A stretch of DNA of 64,000 bases, from NCBI RefSeq assembly GCF_009914755.1, contig NC_060926.1, one strand, 5' to 3'. The notes under the pieces are model-generated. The model was not told where the DNA came from, did no database searches, and worked only from the letters and a program-made list of their open reading frames with translations. Position numbers and translations under genes: made by a program. Origin of the DNA: the human T2T-CHM13v2.0 reference genome, Homo sapiens. Positions 1-15,146 of the stretch are shown here, in pieces (within the stretch, counting starts at the first letter, position 1; each line of letters opens with the position of its first letter).

Positions 1-240
1 AAAGGGCACAGCAACCTCACCATCAGAAGTTCAATGTCATCCAAGCCCATCAGTGGCCCACATTGCCCAGGATTTATGTTTGAGATCTGAATGTCTCAGG
101 TGGGATGTGCTCTATTCAGCTTGCCACAGTCCATACTACTCCCTGTCACCTGGACTAAGCCACTTGTCTCACATTTGTTACCTGCTGGCCTCTGAAAACA
201 CTTGAGTTTGAGTTTGATGCCCCCGTTCCATATCTCTCTT

Positions 241-548
241 TTTTCTTTTCTTTCTTTTTTTTTTTTTTTCTTTGAGATGGAGTCTCACTCTGTTGTCCAG
301 GCTGGAGTGCAGTGATGCAGTCTCGGCTCACTGAAACCTCCGCCTCCTGGGTTCAAGCGATTCATGCCTCAGCCTCCCAAGTAGCTGGGACTACAGGTGT
401 GAGCCACCACATCTGGCTAATTTTTGTACTTTTTAGTAGGGTTTTGACATGGTGGCCAGGCGGGTTTCAAACTCCTGACCTCAAGTGATCCACCTGCCTT
501 GGCCTCCCAAAGTGCTGGGATTACAGGCATGAGACACCACGCCTGGCC
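241..548 (-). mobile_element. Alu (S/J type), antisense
   Basis: Poly-T followed by gagatggagtctcactc...gcctggcc, the reverse complement of the Alu consensus. Confidence 0.95.
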
Positions 549-799
549 CTATATCTCTTACTCTGGGATTGAAAGCCTTTCATTATCTGCCCTGGTAGTC
601 ACGTTTCATTCATACGAACCCTACATACCAACCATCGTCATGGCAGCTGAATATTTAAGTTCCCACCAGTTTCTGGATCTTTCCTTAGCCAGCTCCTATC
701 TATCTAGAATACCTCCTATCCTCTTTCCACCCCAATCCTGCCTCTCCTCCAAGGTCCACCTTCAATTACACGGCTACCTTAGAAACTTCCCATTGACTA

Positions 800-960
800 G
801 TAGAGCCTTAAGTAATCTTCCCTTTCTCAGTTGTGTCATCTATAAAGCAGGGCTAATAAGTACCTGTTTCAGAGGGTTGCTGGAGATGAGCAATAAGTTA
901 GATGAGTTAATAAGTACTTTGTGCCGGCAAGTCACACCTGGTCTGTCAATAAGGCCTTAC
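800..960 (+). mobile_element. MIR SINE fragment
   Basis: ctcagttgtgtcatctataaagcagggctaata...agggttgctggagat resembles the MIR core (CTCAGTTTCCTCATCTGTAAAATGGGGATAAT). Confidence 0.65.
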
Positions 961-1049
961 TGTTACCATTTTATCCCTCTCCGCTGACAACTCTACCACC
1001 TATTGTATTTTTGTGTATGTGCCTTTTTTTTAACCATTTTTCAAATCAT

Positions 1050-2075
<1,026 letters not shown>

Positions 2076-2147
2076 TGTCTACTGTCTATTGTCTTCATCT
2101 CCATTTTGCAATTTACTTTTACTCCCTTGCTTTGTTCAGTCTTCTTT

Positions 2148-2488
<341 letters not shown>

Positions 2489-2589
2489 TGAAGGCAGAAA
2501 CTGTGATATATAATTTATCTAACTCTTCTCTCATCTCCCACCTGGCCCCCTTGCTCTCACTGCCACTTAATATGGAGTCTGGCCCAAGT

Positions 2590-2730
2590 CTAGGGTCTTG
2601 ATCCTCCAAGCATGATCTCTTGCAGCCTGGGTGCAGCGGGGAGCTTGTTGGGAATGCAAAATCTCAGGCCCTGCCCTGGAACTACTGAACAAGAATCTGC
2701 ATTTTAACAAGATCTCCAGTGAAGCGCTGG
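2590..2730. mobile_element. MER5A-like hAT-Charlie fragment
   Basis: gagcttgttgggaatgcaaaatctcaggccc...gaatctgcattttaacaagatctccag. Confidence 0.7.
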
Positions 2731-2894
2731 GCAGCACTAGCACGGGGAAAGGCAACTTCCCTTGGTTCTGTCATTAAGTTCAGTGACCTCATCTGGTAAG
2801 ACTCTGCAAATGTTTGCTGACTGGAGGATTAATGAAGAAAATGAACAGCGCTTTTAACCACCACCATCAGGCCTTTATCAAAAATGTGAAAAAG

Positions 2895-3075
2895 GACCAG
2901 GCATGGTGGCTCACACCTTTAATCCCAGCACTTTGGGAGGCTGAGGTGGGAGGATCGCTTGAGCCCAGGAGTTCAAGGCTGCAGTTAGCTGTGTTTGTGC
3001 CCCTGCACTCTAGCCTGGGAAACAGTGAGACCCTGTCTCAAAAAAAAAAAAAAAGAAAGAAAGAAAGAAAGGAAA
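2895..3075 (+). mobile_element. Alu monomer (FRAM/AluJ-like)
   Basis: Single ~145 bp Alu arm with J-type ggaggatcgcttgagcccaggagttcaaggctgcag and an A/AAAG tail. Confidence 0.85.
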
Positions 3076-3119
3076 AAGCATCTCTTGCAAAGTAGCTCAA
3101 AGCAGATTGAAAAATAGGG

Positions 3120-3452
3120 CACAGAAAACTGTCACAGTCAAGAGGAGCCTAAGGAGACATAATGACAAAATGTCATGTGGTATCCTGGGTGAGACTGTCA
3201 TGTGGTATCCTGGATGAAATCATGGGACAGAAAAAAGGTCATTAGGTAAAAGGTAGGGAAATCTGAACAAAGAATGGACTTATTTCATAAGAACATATCA
3301 ATATCAGTTTACCGATGGTGACAAATGTACCATAGTAAGGTAAGATGTTACTAACGGGGGAAACTCGGTGCAGGGTATAGAGGAACTCTCTGTACCACTG
3401 TCACAGTTGGTGGTATATCTAAAACAACTCTGAAACACAAAGTTTATTAAAG
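3120..3452 (+). mobile_element. L1MC-type 3' UTR fragment
   Basis: caagaggagcctaaggagacat...gtgacaaatgtaccat...gaactctctgtac...aaagtttattaaa. Confidence 0.75.
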
Positions 3453-4394
3453 AAGGGGAGACAGAGAAGAGGCAGGTATCAAGATGACCCTCAGCAGCAA
3501 ACGTGCAGGAAGTAACCTTTGTGCCATTAATTTCCTGCAGTGCAATGCACGGGTGCCTCCAGGACCCTATGGAATCAAAATGACACATTTGTAGCTCTGA
3601 GGAAAGACGGTCCACAGCTGGCTGTCTCTGAATCTGAGGTCAGTTTGGCCTCCCTCTGCGGGGACAGGCCTCTGCTTTCTAATTGGCTCCTCACCTTTTT
3701 CCCTAGAGGAGGGAGCCACCTGCTAAAAAGGCGTCAAGAAACTGGGGCTGGGGACACAGCAACAGTGAGAAATCTTCCAGCACTCTCTTCTCTGCCTTCC
3801 CTGTGTTGAAATGTACTTTCTTGAGATTAACATTTAAGTTATATCTGTTCTTAAAAGAAAACATTAATACTGAGTCACAACCAAAGTCAAGGACCATAGG
3901 GAGCTAAGTTTTATTGGGAGGCCACTACCTTCCTCCAGATGTTGCGCTAACCTTTAACTAAGCTCATTCTAACAGGGGTGACTTCTTTCTCTCTAAATTT
4001 CTCCAATAAGCTTCTTCGTTGAATATGACACACTTTGTTGATATCAAAATGTAGATGTTAGGGAAGTAAGCACCATTAAAATCAATCTGCACTAAAACAG
4101 GTAGTCATAATAAAGTTTTACAGCTAGCATTTCTTCTTTGTACTATGTTCTAGACATGGCAAGCGTGTTATTATCTCCATGGAATACTTGCTACACTGGC
4201 AGGATAGAAGAGACGGGTTTAACGTGGAAGGCTTTGGGACTTGAGATCATTACAAGTTCGGTGTGGCACAGGGGAGATATGGCTAACCACAAAGCTGACA
4301 TAATATTATACTGAACTAATAAAAATATAATGACTAGGGCAATGGGAAGGCAAATATTTACTGAGAAAAGATTATTTGCCATACACTGATATTA

Positions 4395-4590
4395 GAGACT
4401 TCACACATGTCATTGCCTTATTGTGTATAGCACCCCTTAAGTGGAGGAATTATTGTTCCCTCTCTACAAGATGAATAAACTTGAGATTCGAAGAACAGAT
4501 AAACGGTGCATGGGTCACTCTGCTAGCAAGTGGCAGAGCTGGATCTTGAGCCCAGGTGCATCTGAGGGCAAAGCCTGGGCCCCTTCCATG
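4395..4590 (-). mobile_element. MIR SINE
   Basis: tacaagatgaataaacttgag...gctagcaagtggcagagctggatcttgagcccagg. Confidence 0.75.
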
Positions 4591-5097
4591 AGGGCCACCC
4601 TGCCCAACCAGGGTCAATGATGGCCCGGCGGCGTTTGGCACTGGGGTCCTGCATCTGTTCCCAGCCCAGCACTGTATAGGGTGGAGGCTGGGGATCTGTG
4701 GGAACACACCTCAAGGACAGCAACCAGCAGGGAGGCAAAACTAAAACGTTTCCTGTAAGAGATGGTGAGGGAGAAAACGTGGCCCAGAGATGAGATGTTA
4801 CAAGGAGATATGACTGCTCCCCTCATATTTAAGAGCTCCCAAGGTAGAAAAAGGAACAGACACCCTTGGGTGATCAAAGAAAACAGAAATAGGGTCGAAG
4901 AAAATCAAAACTAGAGGGAGACAGAGGTAGGTTCAATACAATGAAGAACACAGAACAATTATTCCAGAAGAGTCACTGTCTCATGAGGTAGCAAGGTCTG
5001 CATCTGTACAGGTGAGAGCCCACCTATCATTGAGATGAAGTCATCTAGAATTCAAGAAAAACTTTCAGCTCCCTTCTAACTGAAACTCCAGGCTCAG

Positions 5098-5609
5098 TTA
5101 TCTGGTATAGAACCCTCCAGTAACCCCCAGGTCCCTCCACCTTCTTCCTTTGAGGTCCTGACCAAGAAACACGGTGCCTTGATCACTCTGTGACCTGGAC
5201 ACCTGCATGTTTTCCACTCTGGGCTCGAACCCAAGCTGGGGTCTTGAACATTCCCAGGCACTGATAAAGTTGTTGAGGTTATTGCTTGAAGCACGGAGAA
5301 ATCAACTATGTTGCTAAACACAGAAATTACCCCTGACCCTGAGCCAAATTCTTTGAACCCTCATAGAACCCTGCCGTCCCAGTAGCGACATACCTGGGTA
5401 GAATATCTCTTTTCTCACTGTCTGTCACAAAGATGCTAAAGCTCCCTAAGTTCCCCCTAATAAATGTTTTTGACTGATCACCCTGGTGTTTGATGCTTCT
5501 TTCTTTGGAATCCCAAACGGTCCCATTTCTGGTCTGAGACAGTCCCTTGCAGGAATTCCCCTGCTGCCACTTTTGGGGTGACTCCAGGGCAGGTTCAGTG
5601 GACAGAACA
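5098..5609 (+). mobile_element. ERVL solo LTR (MER54/MER73-like)
   Basis: ggctcgaacccaagctggggtcttgaacattcccaggcactgataaag; AATAAA near 5459; ends ...gaaca. Confidence 0.65.
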
Positions 5610-5617
5610 TCCTAATA

Positions 5618-7110
5618 CAGTCATGCGCCACATAATGATGTTTCAACATTTTGGTCAACCATGGACCAAATATATGACAGTGGTCCCATAAGACTGTAAT
5701 GGGGCTGAAGAATTCCTATCACCTAGTGACTCTGTAGCTGTCCTAACTTCATAGCATGAGGCATTACTCAGGTTTTTGTGACGATGCTAGTGTAAACAAA
5801 CCTACTGTGCTGTCAGTCATATAAAAGTATAGCACAAATAGTTATGTACAGTACATCATATTGACAATAAACAACTGTGTTTCTGGTTTATATATTTACT
5901 AAACTAGGCTTTTTATTTTTATTTTAGAGTATACTCCTTCTATTTATTAAAAAAAAAAAAAAGTTAACTGTAAAACAGCCTCAGGCAGGTCCTTCTGGAG
6001 GTATCCCAGAAGAAGGCATCATTGTCATAGCAGATGACAGCTCCATGTGGGTTACTGCCCCTGAGATCCTTCCAGTGCGAAAAGATGTGGAGATGGAAGA
6101 CAGCGAGACTGATGAGCCTCACTCTGTGGAGACCTAGGCTAATGTGCATGCTTGTGTGTTAGTTTTTAATTAAAAGGCGTGGTGGCTCACACCTGTAATC
6201 CCAGCACTTTGGGAGGCCGAGGCAGGTGGAGCGCCTGAAGTCAGGAGTTCCAGACCAGCCTGACCAACATGGTGAAACGCAGCCTCTACTAAAAATACAA
6301 AAATTAGCCGGGCGTGGCGGCGGGCACCTGTATTCCCAGCTACTCAGGAGGCTGAGGCTGGAGAATTGCTTGAACCCGGGAGGCGGAGGTTGCAGTGAGC
6401 CAAGATCGTGTCACTGTGCTGCAGCCTGGAAGACAGAGCGACACTCCATCTCAAAAAAAAAAAAAAAAAGTGTAAAAAGTAAAAGAAAAAAGTTCATATA
6501 AGGATAAATAGAAAATATATTTACACAGAAGTATAATGTGTTTGTGTTTTAAGCTAAGTGTTATTCCAAAACAGTCAAAAGGTTAAAAAGAAGTTAAAGT
6601 TTATAAAGTAAAAAAGTTATACTAAGCTAAGGTTGATTTATTATTGAAGAAAAAAATTCTTAAAAATGTAGTGTAGCCTAATTGTACAGGGATAAAGTCT
6701 ACAGTAGTGGACAGTAATGTCCCTGGCATTCACGTTCACTCAGGACTCACTCACTGACTCACCCAGAGCAACTTCCAATCCTGCAAGCTCCATTTGCAAT
6801 AAGTGCCCTAGACAAGTGTACCATTTTAATCTCTTACACCATACTTTTACTGTACCTTTTCTATGTGTAGATACATTTAAATATACAAACACTTACTATT
6901 GTGTTACAATTGGCTACAATATCCAGTAGCTCACATGCTGCACAGGTTTGTAGCTAGGAGCAACAGGCTATACCACATAGCCTAGGTGTGTGGTAGGCTA
7001 CACCATCTAGGTTTGTGTAAGTGCATTTTGTGATGTTCACACAATGACCAAATCACCTATAATGATGTGTTTTTCAGAACGTCTCCCCATCACTAAGTGG
7101 TACATGACTG
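5618..7110 (+). mobile_element. Tigger3b (TcMar-Tigger), full length, split by an Alu
   Basis: Termini cagtcatgcgcc...tacatgactg; TA on both flanks (5616-5617, 7111-7112); about 1.2 kb without the Alu. Confidence 0.88.
6176..6469 (+). mobile_element. AluS in Tigger3b
   Basis: Slightly 5'-truncated Alu with poly-A tail. Confidence 0.95.
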
Positions 7111-7912
7111 TACAGAGTTTTATCACATAACTCATTTGGACAGAATATACACAGGCCATATGAGGATTACACAATTTCAAGACAGCAAATTATAAACATG
7201 TCTAATTCACACCAAACATACAGAAGTCTTTGTCAGCACTTCAAGGATATCATTATGAATAGGGAATGTCATCAAGCAGCAGGTACACAGAAATGCCCAT
7301 GACAGAGAGTACTAGGTTGCTCGGAGGGAGGGCAGGAGAGGTGCCTTTAGACCTGCTGGAGCCCATTAGCCTGTGTCCTTGTGAGTCCCATGATGGAATC
7401 CTGGGGTTCACATAGCAGAGAGGCTCTGCAGAGGGGATACGCAGGGGGCCAAATTGAGCACGAGATCCTGCACAAAAGCATGCCCCGTGCAAAGGACCCT
7501 TCCCCCAGGATATAGAGAGGTCCTCTTTGAACCTCTTCATGCAACCATTACCAAGGAATCAGCAAGAATGTGAGAGCTGTTGTGTTATAATCGCAAAGCC
7601 CTGGTAACTCTGGTAAGGAGGCTCACTCTGCTACTACTCATTATGGGATGGGATAGTGCCTTCCTTCGGAAGAATGTAATCTTCCCAGCATACCTTTTAC
7701 AGACTTCCCAGCTTTGCTCCATATGGATGAAATGCTTCTAGGTCTCCAGAGCCAACACGGCTCTTTCACTTAGCAGTTCCATCTGTTCTGCAGGTCAGTT
7801 CACTGGTTAAGCAAGTCACACCTTTCCTAGCTGGCTGGGAAAACAATGACACTACCCTGTTACATGATGGGATGTAGTGAGCAACACTCCATGGTCCAAA
7901 AGAGTCCTTCTT

Positions 7913-8245
<333 letters not shown>

Positions 8246-8300
8246 CTAAAGCTTTCTTCTTACAGATAATTTGCGTAGAATCTAAAGAATCATAATTTTT

Positions 8301-8609
<309 letters not shown>

Positions 8610-8990
8610 TTAATATGGAAAAACTGTCTTAAAAAAAAGTCTTGTTGGCCATTTTCATTTCTTGTAAGTTTTGTGCCTCAGAGAACCAATTATGAAAACA
8701 TTTATGCAGTCACTGTGTTCCACTATTAGAAATTTAAATGTTTAACTTAATTTAATTATCCAAAGGAATGTTAATCAAAAGGACAAAAACAAATGGAAGG
8801 CAAGGCGCTGTAAACCAAGGCTGAATGTGCTCTCTTGTACAAAGTGCTCGTTTGTCAAAACCATGAAACCAAGCTTCCTAATTCTAGAAAGAAAAGAATG
8901 TAAGCCCCAAAACCTTCATGAACCATTTCCTCCAGCTCTAAAATTCTGTGATTCCACCATTACTCCCCTCAACCAGCACCTCTAAAACAA

Positions 8991-9282
<292 letters not shown>

Positions 9283-9399
9283 AAAACAATTTTTTTTAAC
9301 TAAAAATATATCATCTGTAAGTTCTAGTGTCCCCCTATGGCACATCTTCTTAGCACAACTGGGGACACACTGCCTTGCAGAGGGATTCTATTTACCTAA

Positions 9400-9700
9400 C
9401 CAATGGATTCAGGCAAGACATGGGATTTGCTTTGGAAAATGAATTGTGAGCAAAAATGTACGTTACTTCTGGATGGAAGATTTAAGAGTCAGTAGTTGCT
9501 TCATTGCACTCTTCTCCCTTTGCCGGGCAGTGTTCCAGATAGGGGCTGTTCTGTCAGCCCAGGTCCCAGAGCGAAGATGACAGAGAGAGCAACTACAGTA
9601 AACCTGCACGGGCAGAAGCAACAAATGAGAAATAAACTCTGGTTGTCATAAGCCACTGAGACTTTCCACTGTGTTTGTTACCACAGCCCAACATAGCCTT
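9400..9700 (+). mobile_element. Old MLT1 (MaLR) LTR fragment
   Basis: gagaaataaactctggttgtcataagccactgaga...tttgttaccacagc is typical of an MLT1 3' end. Confidence 0.7.
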
Positions 9701-10228
9701 TATACTTGGAACTGCCCACCCAGTTAGTCAATATCTGCAACAGACTTTGTCTTCAGGATTACGAGATCCAATTTTAAAATACTTCCAGACAGATATGTGC
9801 TAAAAATACATCGTTTACAAAAATTAGGTATTTACGCAAAAGCTTTTTTTTGTAGTTGCCACTAAAAATAGGCTGACTTGCTAACCTAGGAATTCTGTAA
9901 CAGGTTTTCTCTCCTATTACCAATTGCTATAGTATTAGAAAAGTAAAAACTATATAGTGCATCTGCTATAAACGACAAAGTGAAACATCAGCTATTCATA
10001 GCAAAACAAGCACTTTAGGGTGGCTTGAGATTCTCATTCAGAGATACAGAAAGAATGTAGGAATGCAGTACTACAAAATTGTTAAAATTATTAATGGCAA
10101 GAAAGTAAAAAGACAAAAGTTCCATTTAGAAAATACTTTGTACAAACTATATGTTCCATAACTACAGAAAGAATGAAACTTGCTTTTTCTACTCTGAAGA
10201 GGCTTCTAACATCCTATTTTGAATTCAG

Positions 10229-10242
10229 GTTGCCATAGAAAC
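10229..10242. promoter_or_regulatory. Candidate RFX X-box motif
   Basis: GTTGCCATAGAAAC, near-palindromic X-box in unique sequence; motif match only. Confidence 0.3.
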
Positions 10243-10674
10243 CAGTAGACTTCTGTATGGGATTCCATCAAAATTACTGTATAATTTGATGCACACAGAA
10301 GAACCCTGTCTCACTGTCTCAACTTAAAACAAAGCCACTACTCTGGTTTGAATCCTTTGATGAGTCTCATCGTTTGAGGCTAAACCAATCTATTAAAAAA
10401 AATTAAGGCTCATGACAGTGATATTCCTTTGAATTTAGACATTTTGCTTTCCAAGAGATAGGAGCAATGTTGACATGACCATGACCCACAGTCACGTTAT
10501 CTGAAGCCAGGTCACGATACATCACTCACCGTTCCAGGCATGCATGTCTACGTTTGCACGCTCAGGCACAAATGTGGCTAGGAGGATATCTTTATGTAGA
10601 GCCACAATAACTGTGCTTCGGATAAGCCACAAAATATATGGTACAGCCACTATACAAAAATATAATATTCATAG

Positions 10675-10900
10675 TAATAATAGCTGCCATTCTGTGTGCT
10701 TACTGTTTTAAATTATTTTTCTATATTAATGCAACAGCCCTATGAATCAGGCTTTATTATCATCTTCCTTTTATACACAGGGGAAATGAGGCAAAGAGAG
10801 TTTTCACAGATTGCCCAATATCATTTAGTTGTTAAAGGTAGAACTGCAAGTTTAACCCAGGTGTTGCTCTTTAGAGTTTGCACTTTTAACCACTAGGCTT
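10675..10900 (-). mobile_element. MIR SINE
   Basis: caacagccctatga...acaggggaaatgaggcaaagagag...tgcacttttaaccact. Confidence 0.75.
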
Positions 10901-10989
10901 CCTTCTCCAGGCATTTCATCTTAATTTACAACTACAAACATGAGACAAGCTTAGCCCAGATTAAGAACACAGGCACAGCACCCACTCCA

Positions 10990-11172
10990 ATAGTTATCAA
11001 GCTCTAGGGCATACATATAACTAAGGCTGTTTAATGAAAATGTATATTCCTGGGTCTTCCATCCAGATATTCTGATTCAACGTATCTGAGAAGGGACCTG
11101 TGCACCTGCATTTTAACAGCACCCCTAGTGGTTCTGACACAAGTAGTTCTGCAGACCACATTTGAAAAATAA
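10990..11172. mobile_element. MER5-family hAT-Charlie fragment
   Basis: attcctgggtc...attctgattca...ctgcattttaacagcaccc...gaccacatttga. Confidence 0.65.
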
Positions 11173-11277
11173 CAATTTATTCAAACTCAGCTAATGAGTC
11201 ATTGCAGATAGATAAATCAACTTCACTGATCCAGAGAAAACCTGAGAAACAGAAGGAAGCCTTAAAAAAATGAGATG

Positions 11278-11599
<322 letters not shown>

Positions 11600-11655
11600 C
11601 TAAAACAATAAAGCTCTCATATACTGTATTCCTTAGAATTTCCTCAGACCTTTGA

Positions 11656-12036
<381 letters not shown>

Positions 12037-12372
12037 TAGAAGCGAAAATAAATAAAAGGTGAAATGGGCTGGAGGAATTAGGGACCTCAGGCAGAAACAC
12101 AGCCAGCAATGAAAGAAAGCAGGTAGAAAAGGGAGGGAGGAGGCAAGAGAAGAAAGTTTAAAAATACCAACATTCAAAGAAGCACTAAGACCTGGGAGCA
12201 TCAGGGTTGAGACCCTGAGCCCTCTACACACCTGAAAAAAAGGACTATTTCTCATAACGTGGTAAAAATAATAATAATAATATTCCTGATGTTGCACCAT
12301 CCAAAAACAAAAAGAAGGGGTAGTCAAATATTTATTAGATTTTGCAGACTATTTTCAAAAGACAAATAAAAA

Positions 12373-12655
12373 GGTCAAGCACAGTGGTTCATGCCTGCAG
12401 TCCCAGCACTTTGGGAAGCTGAGGCAGGAGAGTTACTTGAGCCCAAGAGTTCGAGACCAGCCCTGGCAACATAGTGAAACCCCATTGCTACAGAAAATAC
12501 AAAAATTATCTGAGCGTGGTGGCAAGCACCTGTAGTCCTAGCTACTTTGGAGGCTGAGATAGGAGAATCACTTTGAGCCCGGGAGAGCCAGGCTGCAGTG
12601 ACCCATAATTGCACCACTGCACTCCACCCTGGGCAACATAGTAAGACCCTGTCTC

Positions 12656-12658
<3 letters not shown>
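12373..12658 (+). mobile_element. AluJ
   Basis: J-type diagnostics (gagcccaagag, ggctgcagtga). Confidence 0.9.

Positions 12659-12694
<36 letters not shown>
12659..12694. repeat. (AC)18 microsatellite in the Alu tail
   Basis: Uninterrupted AC run. Confidence 0.95.
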
Positions 12695-12699
<5 letters not shown>

Positions 12700-13349
12700 A
12701 AGGTATCAAATATTTGAGGAAACTTTCCATTTAAATAATTGATACTACAAAAACTGGAGTGCTGAAAAGCTAGTATGAGGTCATTCTCTCTTAGGCAAGA
12801 GAGCTGCTAAGAAATTTATTGATGGGGGTGGGTGAAGTCAAGGGGGAAAGGTTTGGTTAGTGATTGGTATCTGGGGGCCAGGAGAGGGGAATTCACACAC
12901 CACAGTGTGTTTTGTCCTCTGCTGCTTGGAAAATGTAGGTTGCATTCACAATGGCACAGTGGCCAGGCTTTCATGTTGAATAAAGACCAGTATTGCATTA
13001 GTGCTTGCACCTGAGAGTATTTTTGACTTGTGCACAGGCCTTTCAGGACAGTTACCCAGATAGTAATTTTCAACCACACTTCTTTGCCTTCAGTAAAATT
13101 GGATGATAGAAGTTATTTCAGATCATTTCTGATTACCTCTATGCCTCAGGAATATGATCTTATATATAAGCATCTTTTCAATCTCACTTCTACGTTTGAT
13201 GGTCAGTTAGCACTAATTCAAAAAGTTAGATGTATATGAGTGTATGATAGATGAGATAGCAAAATGAAGGGAAATTATTCTCAGATTTTGAGCTCCCTAT
13301 ATCTGGCAGTAATGGCACATCATAGCTACTCAGTACATGTTTAATTGGT

Positions 13350-13445
13350 GAATGATGGGTGGATGGGTGGGTGGGCAGATGGATGAATGAGTGGGTGGAT
13401 GGTGGATGGATGGATAAGTGGATACATGAACAGGTGGATGACTGG
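13350..13445. repeat. Degenerate (GGAT)n repeat after an L2-like 3' end
   Basis: gatgggtggatgggtgggtgggcagatggatgaatgagtgggtggatggtggatggatgg. Confidence 0.8.
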
Positions 13446-14254
13446 AAAGACTAACGGAAAAAATAAGTGAATAAAAGTGTTTTCTGATAACAAGAAAGAT
13501 GATATCTCCCCAAAAAATGGAAATAAAGGTTAAAAGAGGTTAAATGGCAAGTGGACTGAACAGAGTTAAGATGACCACCAAATGTGTGTGTGCATACACA
13601 TAATTGTGTATATACATTTATACAAAGGCTCAGGGACAGAGGTGCTCCTCAATGAAATTAGTTTTCTCTTTCTTTTATTAATTATTCTGGAAATGTCAAA
13701 CAACTCACACAACTGAGACAGGCAGGAGGACTGCGCAGTGGGTATATGGGCAAGTCAGCTGTACCTATGGTTGCCAAAAGAGGAAGAGGAATCTTTAGAT
13801 TGAGAGGCAGTCAGAATGAGAGTGAGAGGGCAAAGAAGGCCCAGAAGCAGATGAAGCTCTTAAAAACTCAAGGAAAAACCACTGTGTTTCTATGCCTCCA
13901 CTTCCAGGATTTTCACCCTGCAGCCTATGTGTACATTCCCAAATCAATGTCTCTGGAACCTAGAGATCCTGGTCCAGTCCTGTTTATTGTGGGCTCTACC
14001 CTTTAGGGAAAGGAGAGCCTTTGCAGACTAAGAAGTACCCAACAGCATCGATTTGAGATGCTGGGGCCATGACAGTTTAATTGAAAGAGGCTGTCAGGCA
14101 TTTCTATGTCCATTTGGGTTTTGATGGGATCAAGATGGTGGGTGGCATTCTTCCCCTATTCTTCCAGGATTTCTCCCATTAATGGCTCCTGGGTGAGAAC
14201 TGGATAAGTGCCATTCTCTAAAGGCTTCCAATTTGGCAATGAAGTTGTGATGAT

Positions 14255-14600
14255 GCTTCAGAGAGCATTTCAGTATAGGGTGAGGGGGCAAGAAGCCAGG
14301 TGCTCCTGTCTGAGAAGTGAATTGGACGTGAGGAAATAAAGGAAATGGGTAGAAGATTGCTCTTTTGTGATGTCTGATGATAAAGAAAGAAAAGAAAGAT
14401 CCAGCAGTAGTTTGAGAAGGAAATTGTGGGGAGTTAGTAGGTTTTTGTGTTTACTATTCTTTTGATTTCAGAATGGGATGTACTTTGGTGCCATGAAGCC
14501 AAAGGAGAAGTTCTCAGAGGACAGGGAAAGACTGAAGTTGAAGAGCATAACCAACAGTGATAATTAACAGGTGGCGATGCTGGTAACGGGGTTAGAATTG
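14255..14600 (-). mobile_element. L2 fragment
   Basis: agagcatttcagtatagggtgagggggcaagaagccag...gtgaggaa resembles antisense L2. Confidence 0.6.
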
Positions 14601-14826
14601 AGAGCACACCCAGAGGAGGAAGCCGGGGAAAGGAAAGCACAAGGCATTCCCTTGTCTGAAACACTGCTGGAAGCAGGCAAAAACCTAACCTCGGGCACCT
14701 AAATTGTGCTTTACATAAATGTAAATATTTAATATCCTCCACCTGCATTCAAGGCTTATCCCCAAAATCAACGCTTAAAATAACTCGGAAACTACTAGCA
14801 CAGAGACTGAAGAAAAAAATAACTCT

Positions 14827-15146
<320 letters not shown>

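Noticed and set aside
3541-3638. Possible 98-nt plus-strand exon between tttcctgcag and gtcagt
   Set aside because: Splice signals are of a strength expected by chance in 64 kb and the peptide is unrecognised
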